A program made the translations under genes and the position numbers. From assembly GCA_963695095.1 (NCBI GenBank), contig CAVOFT010000001.1:3546529-3610528 (forward strand): a stretch of DNA of 64,000 nt, given 5' to 3'. Below the pieces are notes generated by a model that was not told where the DNA came from, did no database searches, and saw only the letters and a program-made list of their open reading frames with translations. Positions 54,060 to 64,000 of the stretch are shown piece by piece. How positions within the stretch are numbered: the stretch's first letter is position 1; each line of letters starts with the position of its first letter. The stretch is from an uncultured bacterium. Lineage in GTDB: Bacteria; Krumholzibacteriota; Krumholzibacteriia; JACNKJ01.

Positions 54060-57000
54060 ATGTCCATTCGTGCGATTCTCGGCGGCGCCGCGCTGCTGGC
54101 GCTCGCCCTGCTCGCTTGTGCCCCCACCGGTACCCCCACTGCCGCGGCCCTGGAGCCCTTCGGCGCGCGCCATCCGGCTCTCAGCCCGGATGGCGGCCAG
54201 CTCGCCTTCTCCTGGCGCGGGGACATCTGGGTCGCGCCGGCCACCGGCGGCGCCGGGCGCCGGCTCACCGACCACCTCGCCTACGAGGCGCAGCCGCGCT
54301 GGTCCCCGGATGGCAGCGAGATCGCGTTCATGAGCGACCGCTACGGCAACGCCGACATCTTCGTCGTCGCGGCCGCGGGCGGCGTCCCCGAGCGGCTCAC
54401 GCTCCACAGCGACTACGACGAGCTCTACGACTGGAGCCCCGACGGCAAGACGCTCTACTTCAGCAGCAACCGCGAGAGCCGCGAGTTCATGCTGTACGCG
54501 GTGCCGCGGGCGGGCGGGCGGCCGGTACGCGTGATCCAGGATCAAGCCTGGAGCGCGCGGATCAGCCCCGACGGCCAGTGGATCGCCTACCTGCGCGGCT
54601 ACACCGAGTGGTGGCGGCGCGGCTATCGCGGCCCGGCCAGCCGGGACATCTGGCTGCGCGCGATGAGCGGCGGGCCCAGCGTCCACATCGTGGCCTGGCC
54701 CGGCGACGACGACAACCCGCACTGGAGCGGCGACGGCCGCGCGCTCCTCTTCCAGAGCGAGCGCGAGGACGGGGTCAAGAACCTCTGGCGGCAGGATCTG
54801 AGCTTCAGCGAAGGCAGGATCGACCCGGCCGGCCCGCCCACGCAGATCACCCATCTGGACGAGGACATGGAGTTCCTCTCGGTGAGCCGCGACGGCCGCT
54901 GGGCGGCCTACGAGTCCGCCGGCCGGCTCTGGGTGGTGGCGACGGCGGGCGGCTCGCCGCGCCTGCCGCTCATCGACTGCACCGGCGACGACAAGGCGAA
55001 CGCCGTCACGCGGCGGATGATGAGCGCAGGCGCCACGGAGTTCGCCTTCGCGCCCGGCGAGAAGCAGCTCGCCTTCGTCGTCGAGGGCGAGCTCTACGCG
55101 GGCCTCGTCCGCGAGGGCGAGCTGAAGGACTGCCTGCGCCTGACCGAAACGGCTGCCCGCGAGAAGGACATCGTCTGGCTGGACGAGAAGCAGCTGCTCT
55201 TCGTGAGCGACCGCGAGGACGGCGAGGACATCTACCTGATGCGCAGCACGGACGCCGAGGAGCCGCGGCTGGGCCGCAGCCGCTATCGGGAGACGCTGCG
55301 GCTGACCAGCGACGGCGCCACCGAATACCAGCCCCAGCCCAGCCCCGACGGCAAGACCATCCTCTACTTCAAGGACACGGGCTGGCTCTGGGCGATGGCG
55401 CCCGACGGCAGCGGGCAGCATCGGGTCATCGACGAGCCCGTGATCCTGCACTGCGACTGGTCGCCGGACAGCCGGTGGCTGGCCTACAGCACCACGAACC
55501 ACGGCAGCGCCGAGGACATCTTCGTGGTCGACGCGGCGGGCGCGCGCGCGCCGGTGAACGTCTCCAGCCACCCCAACGACGACTTCCACCCGCTCTGGTC
55601 GGGCGACGGCAAGCGCCTGGCCTGGGCCAGCCGCACCGAGGACGGCTACTACAGCGTCAAGTACCTCTGGCTCACGCGCGCCGAAGCCGAGAAGACGCGC
55701 AGCGAGCGCGAGCGCGAGGAAGAGGCCGAGGAGGACGCCAAGGCCAAGGGTGACGAGGGTGAAAAGGACGAGGAGAAGGCCGAGGAGCCCGCCGTCGTCG
55801 TGAAGATCGACTGGGAGGACCTGCCCGCCCGCACGCGCACGGTGGCCACCCTGCGCGGCTACTACTGGGACTACGACCAGAGCCCGGACGGCAAGCACTA
55901 CGCCCTGCGCAGCGACCTGCTCGAGGGGGAGATGGACCTGTGGACCGTCGACTGGGACGGCGACAAGCTGCTTCGGCTGACCAGCGACGGCGCCGATCCC
56001 GATCGCCTCGCCTGGAGCGAGGATAGCAAGAGGGTCCGCTACCTGAGCGGCGGCCGCATCCAGGAGATCGCGGGCGACCCCGAGGGCGAGAAGAAGACCT
56101 ATGGCTTCGAGGTCGCCCTCACGGTGGACGCGGCCGCGCGGCGCGCGCAGAAGTTCGCCGAGGCCTGGCGCATGCTCGGCGACGGCTTCTACGATGAGTA
56201 CTACCATGGCGCCGACTGGGTGGCCCTGCGTGCGAAGTACGCGCCCCTGGCGGCGGCAGCGGTCACCCACAACGATTTCAAGGACGTGCTCCGCCGCCTC
56301 TTCGGCGAGCTGAACGCCAGCCATCTGGGCAGCTGGGGCGGGCCGCGCGACAACGAGGGCGACGATGCCACGGGCCTGCTCGGCTTCACGCCCGACGACA
56401 GCTACATCGGCCCCGGCCTGCGCGTGGCGCGGGTGCTCAGCCGCGGTCCCCTCGATCGCGAGGAGACGCGCGTGGTCCCGGGCGATGTCATCCTCGCCAT
56501 CGACGGCCGCACGGTCGCCCCGGGCGAGAACTACTACGGGCTGCTCAATCACAAGGCCGACGAGCAGGTGGACCTGCTCGTCGCCGCGGGCGGACCCCAG
56601 GGCAAGACGCGCAGACTCACGGTGGAGCCCCGCGGCGGCGTCCGGGATCTCGCCTATCGCCAGTGGATGGACGAGACCCGCACCCTCGTCGACACGCTCT
56701 CGGACGGGCGGCTGGGCTATCTGCACATGGCCGCCATGGGCGAGGAGGACTGGCCGCGCTTTCTCGAAGACCTCTTTGCCCACGCCCGCGGCAAGGAGGG
56801 CCTGATCCTCGACGTGCGCGACAACAACGGCGGGCGCATCCACGACCAGGTGCTCACCGTGCTCAGTCGGCGGCCCTACGTGTACACGCAGAGCCGGGGC
56901 AAGCGCGAAGGGAACTTCGACGCCATCGAGCGCTGGGACAAGCCCATCGTGCTGCTCACCAACGAGCGCAGCTACAGCGACGGGGAGATCTTCCCCTGGG

Positions 57001-57293
57001 GCTTCCACGCCCTCGGCCTCGGGCGCATCGTGGGCATGCCCACCTTCGGCGCCGTGATCGGCACCAACAACGTGCCCCTGATCGACGGAACCGTCTTCCG
57101 AATCCCGAGCACAGGCTGGTGGCGCCGCAACCCCGACGGCAGCATCGGCTCGAGCCTGGAGAACGACCCGGTGCAGGTGGATGTGCGGGTGCCGGCCGTG
57201 CCCGAGGAAGCGCTGGCCGGCCGGGATGCCCAGGTGGAGGCCGGCGTGGCCGAGTGCCTGCACATGATCGAGACGGGCTGGGGGCGGGACTAG
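54060..57293 (+). CDS. Tricorn-like S41 protease (PD40 propellers, PDZ, S41)
   Basis: Signal peptide; WSPDG repeats; [23 protein letters not shown]. Confidence 0.9.
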   Translation: MSIRAILGGAALLALALLACAPTGTPTAAALEPFGARHPALSPDGGQLAFSWRGDIWVAPATGGAGRRLTDHLAYEAQPRWSPDGSEIAFMSDRYGNADIFVVAAAGGVPERLTLHSDYDELYDWSPDGKTLYFSSNRESREFMLYAVPRAGGRPVRVIQDQAWSARISPDGQWIAYLRGYTEWWRRGYRGPASRDIWLRAMSGGPSVHIVAWPGDDDNPHWSGDGRALLFQSEREDGVKNLWRQDLSFSEGRIDPAGPPTQITHLDEDMEFLSVSRDGRWAAYESAGRLWVVATAGGSPRLPLIDCTGDDKANAVTRRMMSAGATEFAFAPGEKQLAFVVEGELYAGLVREGELKDCLRLTETAAREKDIVWLDEKQLLFVSDREDGEDIYLMRSTDAEEPRLGRSRYRETLRLTSDGATEYQPQPSPDGKTILYFKDTGWLWAMAPDGSGQHRVIDEPVILHCDWSPDSRWLAYSTTNHGSAEDIFVVDAAGARAPVNVSSHPNDDFHPLWSGDGKRLAWASRTEDGYYSVKYLWLTRAEAEKTRSEREREEEAEEDAKAKGDEGEKDEEKAEEPAVVVKIDWEDLPARTRTVATLRGYYWDYDQSPDGKHYALRSDLLEGEMDLWTVDWDGDKLLRLTSDGADPDRLAWSEDSKRVRYLSGGRIQEIAGDPEGEKKTYGFEVALTVDAAARRAQKFAEAWRMLGDGFYDEYYHGADWVALRAKYAPLAAAAVTHNDFKDVLRRLFGELNASHLGSWGGPRDNEGDDATGLLGFTPDDSYIGPGLRVARVLSRGPLDREETRVVPGDVILAIDGRTVAPGENYYGLLNHKADEQVDLLVAAGGPQGKTRRLTVEPRGGVRDLAYRQWMDETRTLVDTLSDGRLGYLHMAAMGEEDWPRFLEDLFAHARGKEGLILDVRDNNGGRIHDQVLTVLSRRPYVYTQSRGKREGNFDAIERWDKPIVLLTNERSYSDGEIFPWGFHALGLGRIVGMPTFGAVIGTNNVPLIDGTVFRIPSTGWWRRNPDGSIGSSLENDPVQVDVRVPAVPEEALAGRDAQVEAGVAECLHMIETGWGRD

Positions 57294-57652
57294 AGGACCG
57301 GCGCCGGGACCCTGCGGTTCGCCTGGTCCACGTAGACCATCGCGGGCTGGAAGCCCTTGGCCTCTTCGGGCGTCATCTGGGCGTAGGCGATGATGATCAC
57401 CCGGTCGCCCTTGGCGCCCAGGCGGGCGGCCGCGCCGTTGAGGCAGATGACGCCGCTGCCACGGCCGCCCTCGATGACGTAGGTCTCCAGGCGGCTGCCG
57501 TTGTTGATGTTGACCACGTGGACCTTCTCGTAGGTGGCGAGGCCGGCGGCGTCCATGAGATCGCGGTCCACGGTAAGGCTGCCCTCGTACTCGAGGTTGG
57601 CCTCGGTGATCGTGGCCCGGTGGATCTTGCACTTGCAGAGGCTGATCAGCAT
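57290..57652 (-). CDS. panD: Aspartate 1-decarboxylase
   Basis: KIHRAT, YEGS cleavage site, [15 protein letters not shown]. Confidence 0.95.
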   Translation of the reverse strand: MLISLCKCKIHRATITEANLEYEGSLTVDRDLMDAAGLATYEKVHVVNINNGSRLETYVIEGGRGSGVICLNGAAARLGAKGDRVIIIAYAQMTPEEAKGFQPAMVYVDQANRRVPAPVL

Positions 57653-57701
57653 CTCGGTCCCCGCGCTTTCCGGCCCCCAAGGTCCCGGAAGAGGTGCCGA
57701 T

Positions 57702-57730
57702 AGTATAGGATGCAGTTCTGGCCCTGTCCA
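57702..57730 (-). promoter_or_regulatory. Sigma70-type promoter of panD
   Basis: TGGACA-N17-TATACT. Confidence 0.65.
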
Positions 57731-57757
57731 GATCACCCCCGGGCGATCCCTTCCATC

Positions 57758-57786
57758 TTGCCGCCTGCCAGGGATTTACCTATGCT
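57758..57786 (+). promoter_or_regulatory. Sigma70-type promoter of cca
   Basis: TTGCCG-N17-TATGCT. Confidence 0.6.
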
Positions 57787-57861
57787 CGCCCCGCTTGGCA
57801 GGCGAGCGGGGCGGCCTCGGGCCCCTGGCACCCGGCCGCCCCAGCAGCCCGGGACGACAGC

Positions 57862-59265
57862 ATGCGCAGCCTGATCCACAAGATCGCCGAGGAGATCGCC
57901 GCTGCCGGCGGTCGGGCCTACTTCGCCGGCGGCTGCGTGCGCGATGAGCTGCTCGGCCAGGCCTCCCTGGATCTCGACGTGGAAGTGCACGGCCTCCCCC
58001 TAGAGGCTCTCGAAGCGCTGCTGGCCCGGCACGGCCGGGTGCAGGCCGTGGGCCGGGCCTTCGGCGTGCTCAAGTTCCGGTCCCGGCGCGGGGAGGCCGA
58101 CTTCGGCCTGCCGCGGCGCGAGAGCCTGACCGGCCGCGGCCACCGCGGCTTCACCGTGGACCTGGATCCGAGCATCACGCCCCGCGAGGCCTGTGCGCGC
58201 CGCGACTTCACCGTCAACGCCATGCTCAAGGACGTGCTCACGGGCGAGCTGCTGGACTTCTTCGGCGGCCGCGAGGACCTGGCCGTCCGCCGCCTGCGGC
58301 ACACGAGCCCGGCCTTCGGCGAAGACCCCCTGCGCGTCTATCGCCTCATGCAGCTCGGCGCCCGCTTCCGCCTGGAGCCCGCGGCCGAGACCCTCGCCCT
58401 TTGCCGCGAGATGGAGCTGGGCGATCTCGCTCCCGAGCGCATCTTCGCCGAGTTCGAGAAGCTGCTGCTCCTGGCCGAGCAGCCCAGTCGCGGCCTCGAG
58501 ATCGCCCGTGCGGCCGGCATTCTCGCCTTCCACCCCGAGCTGGCGGCCATGATCGACTGCCCCCAGGATCCGGAGTGGCACCCCGAAGGCGACGTCTGGA
58601 CGCACACGCTGATGGTGCTGGACGCCGCCGCCCGCCTGCGCGAGGGCGAGCGGCGCGCGGACCTCGCGCTCATGTTCGGCGCCCTCTGCCACGACCTCGG
58701 CAAGCCGCCCACGACGCACCGCAAGCAGGGCCGCATCGTCAGCCCCGGGCACGCCGAAGCAGGCGAGGAGCCCGCGCGGCGTTTCCTCGGCCGCCTCACC
58801 CAGGACGCCGAACTGACCGGGGCCGTGCTGCGCTACGTGCGCTTCCATCTGCGGCCCGCGGAGTTCTACCGGGTGCGGGAGGAGATCGGCGATGCCGCCA
58901 TCCGCCGCCTGGCCACGGAGATGAACATCGCCGATCTCGTGCGCCTGGCCCGCGCCGATCACCTCGGGCGCACGAGCGCGGACGCCCTGGCCGGCGAGTT
59001 TCCCGCCGGCCAGTGGTTGCTCGACAAGGCCGCCGCGCTCGCCGTCGAAAGCCGCGCGCCGACGCCCATCCTCATGGGCCGCCACCTGCTCGAGCGCGGC
59101 TGGCAAGCGGGTCCCGCGCTCGGCTGGGCCCTCGCGGCCGCCTTCGAGGCGCAGCTCGATGGGGCCTTCGCCGACCTGGAGGGGGCACTCGCCTGGCTCG
59201 AGGGCCAGGGCTGGGGCCCGAACTCGGCGCCGCCCCGGCGCCCGCCCCTGCCGCGAAGCCACTAA
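57862..59265 (+). CDS. cca: CCA tRNA nucleotidyltransferase / poly(A) polymerase family with HD domain
   Basis: GGCVRD..DLD, RRDFTVNAM, EDPLR, ERIFAE, HPEGDVWTH, HDLGK. Confidence 0.85.
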   Translation: MRSLIHKIAEEIAAAGGRAYFAGGCVRDELLGQASLDLDVEVHGLPLEALEALLARHGRVQAVGRAFGVLKFRSRRGEADFGLPRRESLTGRGHRGFTVDLDPSITPREACARRDFTVNAMLKDVLTGELLDFFGGREDLAVRRLRHTSPAFGEDPLRVYRLMQLGARFRLEPAAETLALCREMELGDLAPERIFAEFEKLLLLAEQPSRGLEIARAAGILAFHPELAAMIDCPQDPEWHPEGDVWTHTLMVLDAAARLREGERRADLALMFGALCHDLGKPPTTHRKQGRIVSPGHAEAGEEPARRFLGRLTQDAELTGAVLRYVRFHLRPAEFYRVREEIGDAAIRRLATEMNIADLVRLARADHLGRTSADALAGEFPAGQWLLDKAAALAVESRAPTPILMGRHLLERGWQAGPALGWALAAAFEAQLDGAFADLEGALAWLEGQGWGPNSAPPRRPPLPRSH

Positions 59266-59362
59266 CTTACTTTATAACAATAGATTGCATCGTCTTTGCT
59301 GCTCCCCCCCGCCGGTGGGCCAGCGATCGAAAACGATCGTTCACTATTCGGACGAACCAGGC

Positions 59363-59406
59363 TTGACACAAATTTCACAAGAGCTAGATTGTGATCGATC
59401 GCTTAC
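59363..59406 (+). promoter_or_regulatory. Promoter and candidate operator of the TetR-cytochrome-rhodanese operon
   Basis: TTGACA-N16-TAGATT overlapped by TCACAA-N8-TTGTGA; imperfect palindrome GTGATCGATCGCTTAC at 59391-59406. Confidence 0.6.
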
Positions 59407-59441
59407 CGCATCTATGGGTCTTCAACCCTGGTTAGGTCGAC

Positions 59442-60080
59442 ATGGCCAAGAGCAGCGGAATGCAGACCGGCGGCTCCAGCCGCCGCCAGTGCCTGATCGC
59501 CTCCGCCAGCCGCCTCTTCGCCGAGCACGGCTACGAGGGCACGACCATCCGCCAGATCGCGCGCCAGTGCGGGATCACCGAGGCGGCCATCTACAAGCAC
59601 TTCGATGGCAAGGATCAGCTCTACGAGGAAGTGATCCACAGCAAGTCCCGCCAGCACGAGATCCGCGAACACCTCGCGGCGCAGACGGGGATCGCCGGCA
59701 TCGAGGACGTGCTCTTCCTGGTGGCCCGGCACATCCTGGCCACCGCGCGCGAGGACCCCGATCTCCTGCGCATGCTCCTCTACTCGAGCCTCGAGGGCTT
59801 TCGCGGCTCGACCTTGCTCTACCGCGAGTTCCGCCAGCCCTACATCGCCTACCTGCGCGAGGAGCTGCGCGAGCGCATTGCAAGCGCTGAGATCCGCCCG
59901 ATCAATCCCTTCATCACCAGCCGCTGCTTCGTGGGCATGGTGATGGACTGCGCCCTCAACGTCGAGCTGTGGAACAACCTGGAGAGCACCGCCTACTCGG
60001 CCGACGCGGTGATCCAGAACAACGTCCCCATCTTCGCCCGCGGCTTGCGCCTGGACGCCGCCGCCGAGATCGAAGCCTGA
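59442..60080 (+). CDS. TetR/AcrR family transcriptional regulator
   Basis: LFAEHGYEGTTIRQIARQCGITEAAIYKHF HTH. Confidence 0.92.
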   Translation: MAKSSGMQTGGSSRRQCLIASASRLFAEHGYEGTTIRQIARQCGITEAAIYKHFDGKDQLYEEVIHSKSRQHEIREHLAAQTGIAGIEDVLFLVARHILATAREDPDLLRMLLYSSLEGFRGSTLLYREFRQPYIAYLREELRERIASAEIRPINPFITSRCFVGMVMDCALNVELWNNLESTAYSADAVIQNNVPIFARGLRLDAAAEIEA

Positions 60081-60095
60081 GGAAGGAGAGCTGCC

Positions 60096-61505
60096 ATGCG
60101 CCGACTCCTGCCCCCCCTGCTCGTCCTCCTCGCCGCCGCCTGGCTCACGGGCTGCAGCGACGAGAAGACGCCGCCGGTGGCGGACCAGCCGACTGAACAG
60201 GACCCCTGCCTCGACTGCCATGGCGACAGGGAACTGCTGATGGCCATGCTGCCCGAGGAGGTCGCCCGCATCACCACGCGCGGCGACGGCTGAGGCGGCG
60301 ATGTGCCCGAGCTGGCAGCTTGGGAAGCGATCTACATCGGCGGCACGGATGGCGCGGCCTTCCTCGCAGATCCCAACCACGGCGCCGCGGCGCTGGCCTG
60401 CCTCGACTGCCACGGCGGCGACAGCGCCCAGGGCGACTTCGGGGACTACGCGGCCGAGCACGCGCTCGTGATCGCAACGCCCAGCGCGGCCGGCGCCTGC
60501 GACGCCTGCCACGCCGAGATTGCCGCCACGAACGCGAACAGCCTGCACACGAATCTCTGGGGCGAGAAGGCGGCGGTGGAGCGACGTGGCCAGTGCTCCT
60601 TCGACCAGACGCCCGCCGCCCAGGCCGGTTTCGCGCGCAACTGCGGCGACTGCCACACCACCTGCGGCCAGTGCCACGTGAGCCGGCCGCTCAGCGTGGG
60701 CGGCGGTTTCGTCGATGCGCACAAGTTCCGCCGCACGCCCAACATGACCGAGAACTGCACGGCCTGCCACGGCAGCCGCATCGGCCACGATTACACGGGC
60801 GAGGACCTGAGCGTGCTGCCGGACATCCATTACGCCCGCGGCCATGCCTGCGAACTCTGCCACTGGGCGGGCGAGATGCACGGCGACGGCCTGAGCACGA
60901 ACGCGTCCGGCCACTACGAGCACCGCTACGAGGTGGTCAGCATGCCGCGCTGCGAGAAGTGCCACGTGAAGGAGATCATGGACGAGGGCCACGCGGGCGA
61001 CCCCGAATGGAACGGCGACTACCACGCCGCCCACTGGGAGGGCTGGACGGGCGTGGAGCTGCAGTGCCAGGTCTGCCACAGCCAGCCCTACAAGAATTGC
61101 AGCTTCTGTCACGTCGAGGCGCCGTCGGGCTACACGATCGAGCCCAGCGTGCTGGCGCTCAAGATCGGCAAGAACACCGAGACCGACACGCGTGCCGAGT
61201 ACGACTACACCGTCGTGCGCCACGTCCCCATCCACCCGGATACCTACGAGACCTGGCCGCTGCCGCTGCCGGGCTACGCGGACGAAGCGACCTGGAAGTA
61301 CGCCTCGCCGCACAACATCCGGCGCTGGACGGCCCAGACCACGGTGGAGGCCGGGCAGAGCTGCGGCCGGAGCTGCCATGACAGCCCCGGCCAGGAGCGG
61401 GGCTTCTACCTGCGCGAGAGCGACCTCAAGGACGAGTTCGGCGTCGACCTGATCGACGCGCCGGCCAACGCGGACGTGGTGATTCGCGCGTCGGACTTGC
61501 ACTGA
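60096..61505 (+). CDS. Lipoprotein multiheme cytochrome c, probable selenoprotein (in-frame TGA 60291-60293; 469 aa if read through)
   Basis: AAGGAG RBS, lipobox LTGC; ORFs 60096-60293 and 60303-61505 share one frame; 10 CxxCH plus 1 CxxxCH; hairpin after the TGA. Confidence 0.8.
60291..60339 (+). promoter_or_regulatory. Bacterial SECIS-like element
   Basis: TGA, 12 nt, then stem CCCGAGCT-[GGC]-AGCTTGGG (60306-60324); possible lower stem CGATGTG/TACATCG. Confidence 0.72.
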
Positions 61506-61608
61506 ACACCGTCGCCGGTCCCGGACCGGCGGCCCGATCGTTGTGATGAGGAAGGGGCTCGCCCGACGAGCCTAAAACCGGGCCCTTGCCAGGGCCGAGA
61601 GAAAGCGA

Positions 61609-62643
61609 GTGAAAATGATGAAGCGATTCTGGGCACTCCTGCTCATCCCGATGCTGGCCGTGACCCTCTTCGTCGGCTGCTCCGACGACGATCCGGCCAC
61701 GCCCACGGATAACACGCTTACACCCCTCCAGGAGTTCACGGCCGTCGCCGACGCCGGCCTGGGCTACCTGAACAGCGCGGATGCGCCGGGGGTGAAGGAC
61801 TACACCTGGTTCTCCAGCCAGACCGGCGGCTTCGACGGCTTCACCATCCTGGATGTCCGCACGTCCATCGACTTCGGCAACGGCCACATCGCCGATGCGA
61901 TCAACACGAGCCTTGCCTCGCTGCTGGCCGACATCGACGCCGGCACGATCCCCGTGGACAAACCCTTCATGGTGGTCTGCTACACCGGCCAGTCCGCTGG
62001 CCATGTGGTTGCGGCCCTGCGCATGCTTGGCTACACGGCCTGGAGCTACAAGTTCGGCATGAGCGCCTGGCACACGTCGCTGGACGGGCAGTGGGAAGCC
62101 AACGCGGGCGCGGTCAACGGCGCGGCGATGGCCGATGCCGGCGTGGCCATCGAAACCGCGGTGAACACCCCGGTCACGACCTATGCCTGGCCCGACCTGG
62201 GTCTCACGGTGGACACGGCGGCCGAGGCCGTCGAAGCGCGCGTGGCCGCCACCCTGACCGCTGGCTTCAAGGCCCTGTCTTTCGCCGAGATGAATGCCTA
62301 TCCCGTTGAGGGGCTGGACCACTACTTCATCGTCAACTACTGGACGACGGACCAGTACACGGGAACGGATACCGACACGCCGGGCCACATCCCCGGCGCC
62401 TTCTGCTACGTGCCCAAGGTGGATCTCGACATGGCCGGGCTGCTGGAGTACCTGCCGACGGACATGCCCATCGTCGTCTACTGCTGGACCGGCCAGACCA
62501 GCAGCCAGGTGACCTTCGTTCTGAACTGCCTCGGCTACGAGGCCTACAGCCTGAAGTTCGGCGCCAACAACCTCTTCTGGAGCGCGCTGGGCACCAGTCA
62601 GTGGGTGGACAACGCGCCGGAGCACCCGCTGGTCACCAAGTAG
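61609..62643 (+). CDS. Tandem rhodanese-domain lipoprotein (sulfurtransferase)
   Basis: Lipobox FVGC; ILDVR..GHIADA..VVCYTGQSA and GHIPGA..VYCWTGQTS. Confidence 0.88.
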   Translation: MKMMKRFWALLLIPMLAVTLFVGCSDDDPATPTDNTLTPLQEFTAVADAGLGYLNSADAPGVKDYTWFSSQTGGFDGFTILDVRTSIDFGNGHIADAINTSLASLLADIDAGTIPVDKPFMVVCYTGQSAGHVVAALRMLGYTAWSYKFGMSAWHTSLDGQWEANAGAVNGAAMADAGVAIETAVNTPVTTYAWPDLGLTVDTAAEAVEARVAATLTAGFKALSFAEMNAYPVEGLDHYFIVNYWTTDQYTGTDTDTPGHIPGAFCYVPKVDLDMAGLLEYLPTDMPIVVYCWTGQTSSQVTFVLNCLGYEAYSLKFGANNLFWSALGTSQWVDNAPEHPLVTK

Positions 62644-62664
62644 CCTTCCCTGCTCTGCATTTCC

Positions 62665-62696
62665 GACGGGGGCCGCTGGCGGCCCCCGTTTTCATT
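62665..62696 (+). terminator. Rho-independent terminator ending the operon
   Basis: ACGGGGGCCGC-tg-GCGGCCCCCGT followed by TTTCATT. Confidence 0.85.
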
Positions 62697-62701
62697 GCGG
62701 G

Positions 62702-63601
62702 CTAGTCCGCGGCGAGCACGGGATTCGCGAGCGTGCCGATGCCCTCGATGCTGCAGCTCACCACATCGCCGGGCGCCAGGAAGACCGGCGGGTCCCGGTG
62801 CTCGCCCACGCCGCCCGGCGTGCCCGTGCTGATGATGTCGCCGGGCTCCAGCGTCATCGTGCGCGAGAGGTAGGCGATGAGAAAGGGGATGCGGAAGATC
62901 ATGCGCCCCGTGTCGCTGGACTGCCTCAGCTCGCCGTTCACCCGGCACTCGATGGCCAGCGCGTGCGGATCGGGAACGGCCTCCGGGGTGACGATCCAGG
63001 GCCCGCAGGGGCCGAAGCTGTCGAAGCCCTTGGCGCGCAGCCACTGCTTCTCGGCCCGCTGCGTGCGCCGGCCAGTGACGTCGTTGAGAATGGTGTAGCC
63101 CGCCACGCAGGCCATCGCTTCGGCCTCGCTCACGCGGCGGGCGCGGCGGCCGATCACCACGGCGAGTTCCGCTTCGTAGTCGACGCGGTCCTCGATCTCG
63201 GGATCGGGAAGCAGGATCGGCGCGCCATGGCCGACGAGCGCGCTGGCGACCTTCGGAAAGAGCAGCGGCGCCTCCGGGGCCGCCACGCCCTGCTCGTCGG
63301 CGTGCGCCTGGTAGTTGCGGCCCAGGCAGATCACCTTGCCCGGATCTGGGATGGGCGGCGCCCAGCCCGCCGCGGCCGGATCGACGAGCGCGACTGCCGG
63401 CCAAGCGCCCTGCGCCAGGGCGGCTCTGACTTCCTCGAGCCGGCCGGCGGCCAGGATTTGCCGCCAGCTCGAAAAAATTCTCGGATCCAGGCGCGAAAGA
63501 TCCAGCGCTAGCTTATCTTCCAGCAGCAGGGCCGGCCGCTCCTCGCCGCGGCCGCCCAGACTCAGAAGCCGCAGGGCGAGGCCGATCTCATGCTTCCCCA
63601 T
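62702..63601 (-). CDS. Fumarylacetoacetate hydrolase family protein
   Basis: ICLGRNY..H, DYEAELAVVIG, NDVTGR, KGFDSF, TGTPGGVG. Confidence 0.92.
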   Translation of the reverse strand: MGKHEIGLALRLLSLGGRGEERPALLLEDKLALDLSRLDPRIFSSWRQILAAGRLEEVRAALAQGAWPAVALVDPAAAGWAPPIPDPGKVICLGRNYQAHADEQGVAAPEAPLLFPKVASALVGHGAPILLPDPEIEDRVDYEAELAVVIGRRARRVSEAEAMACVAGYTILNDVTGRRTQRAEKQWLRAKGFDSFGPCGPWIVTPEAVPDPHALAIECRVNGELRQSSDTGRMIFRIPFLIAYLSRTMTLEPGDIISTGTPGGVGEHRDPPVFLAPGDVVSCSIEGIGTLANPVLAAD

Positions 63602-63745
63602 CGCGGTAACTCACTGTCACATCAATGTTTCGGTCTACGGGAACCCTCGCATCGGACGGGGTTCCGTGCTAGAATTTCCTCCGTATCGGACGCCGGCACC
63701 ACCTGCGCCCCTCGCCACCGGGGCCTGTCACCACAGCTCGGGAGC

Positions 63746-64000
63746 ATGATGCAGCGCACCCCTCGACACCCTGGCTCGGCGTCTCTGGCTGGCTTGCTGC
63801 TCGCCGCCCTCCTCGGCGCGCTGGTCGCCGGCGCCGCGGGCGCCCAGCCCAGCTTCACGCCGCTGGACAGCGGCCAGTGGACCTTCAACAAGGATTGCGT
63901 CGCCCGCGGCGACACGCTGGCAGCCGCCCTCACCTACGGCGTCCAGTTCTGGGATGTCGGCAACCCGGCCGCGCCCCTGCTGCTGGGAGACTACTATGCC
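63746..64000 (+). CDS. Secreted LVIVD-repeat-like protein, 3'-truncated by window
   Basis: GGAG RBS, signal peptide, GVQFWDVGNPAAP repeat; extended -10 TGCTAGAAT at 63667. Confidence 0.6.
   Translation, partial: MMQRTPRHPGSASLAGLLLAALLGALVAGAAGAQPSFTPLDSGQWTFNKDCVARGDTLAAALTYGVQFWDVGNPAAPLLLGDYYA

Noticed and set aside
53988..57680. 1797-aa ORF suggesting a giant PP2C fusion
   Set aside because: The N-terminal ~1230 aa is antisense to the tricorn gene or out of frame with panD; the real gene starts at about 53987.
61541..61610. Hammerhead-like TGATGAG...GAAA
   Set aside because: The core reads GTGATGA rather than CTGATGA, and the stems do not fit the hammerhead topology.

Overview
A 64 kb high-GC, gene-dense bacterial chromosomal window. 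Several secreted proteins have FlgD/T9SS-like C-terminal domains and one has a SWSALKTLYR tail, which suggests an FCB-related candidate phylum such as Krumholzibacteriota, Latescibacterota or Eisenbacteria (inference only). Contents: a four-gene uncharacterised membrane module (DUF6754-like), hisC, phoBR-pstSCAB-phoU with matching Pho boxes, surface-polysaccharide genes, a tol-pal operon, aroF-trpEG/trpD-CF/trpB/trpA in canonical order but split into four blocks, a CotH/arylsulfotransferase/ECF-sigma cluster, a possible decayed integron-cassette stretch with an MNT-HEPN toxin-antitoxin pair, a tricorn-like protease, panD and cca. The top candidate is a TetR-linked operon at 59.4-62.7 kb. It encodes a lipoprotein multiheme cytochrome c (10 CxxCH plus 1 CxxxCH) interrupted by a single in-frame TGA followed by a bacterial SECIS-like hairpin, so probably a selenoprotein, plus a tandem-rhodanese lipoprotein. 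This is a putative sulfur/selenium redox module. Scattered frameshifts (pst genes, tolA, trpE and others) look like long-read assembly errors. All product calls come from motif recognition; no database searches were run.
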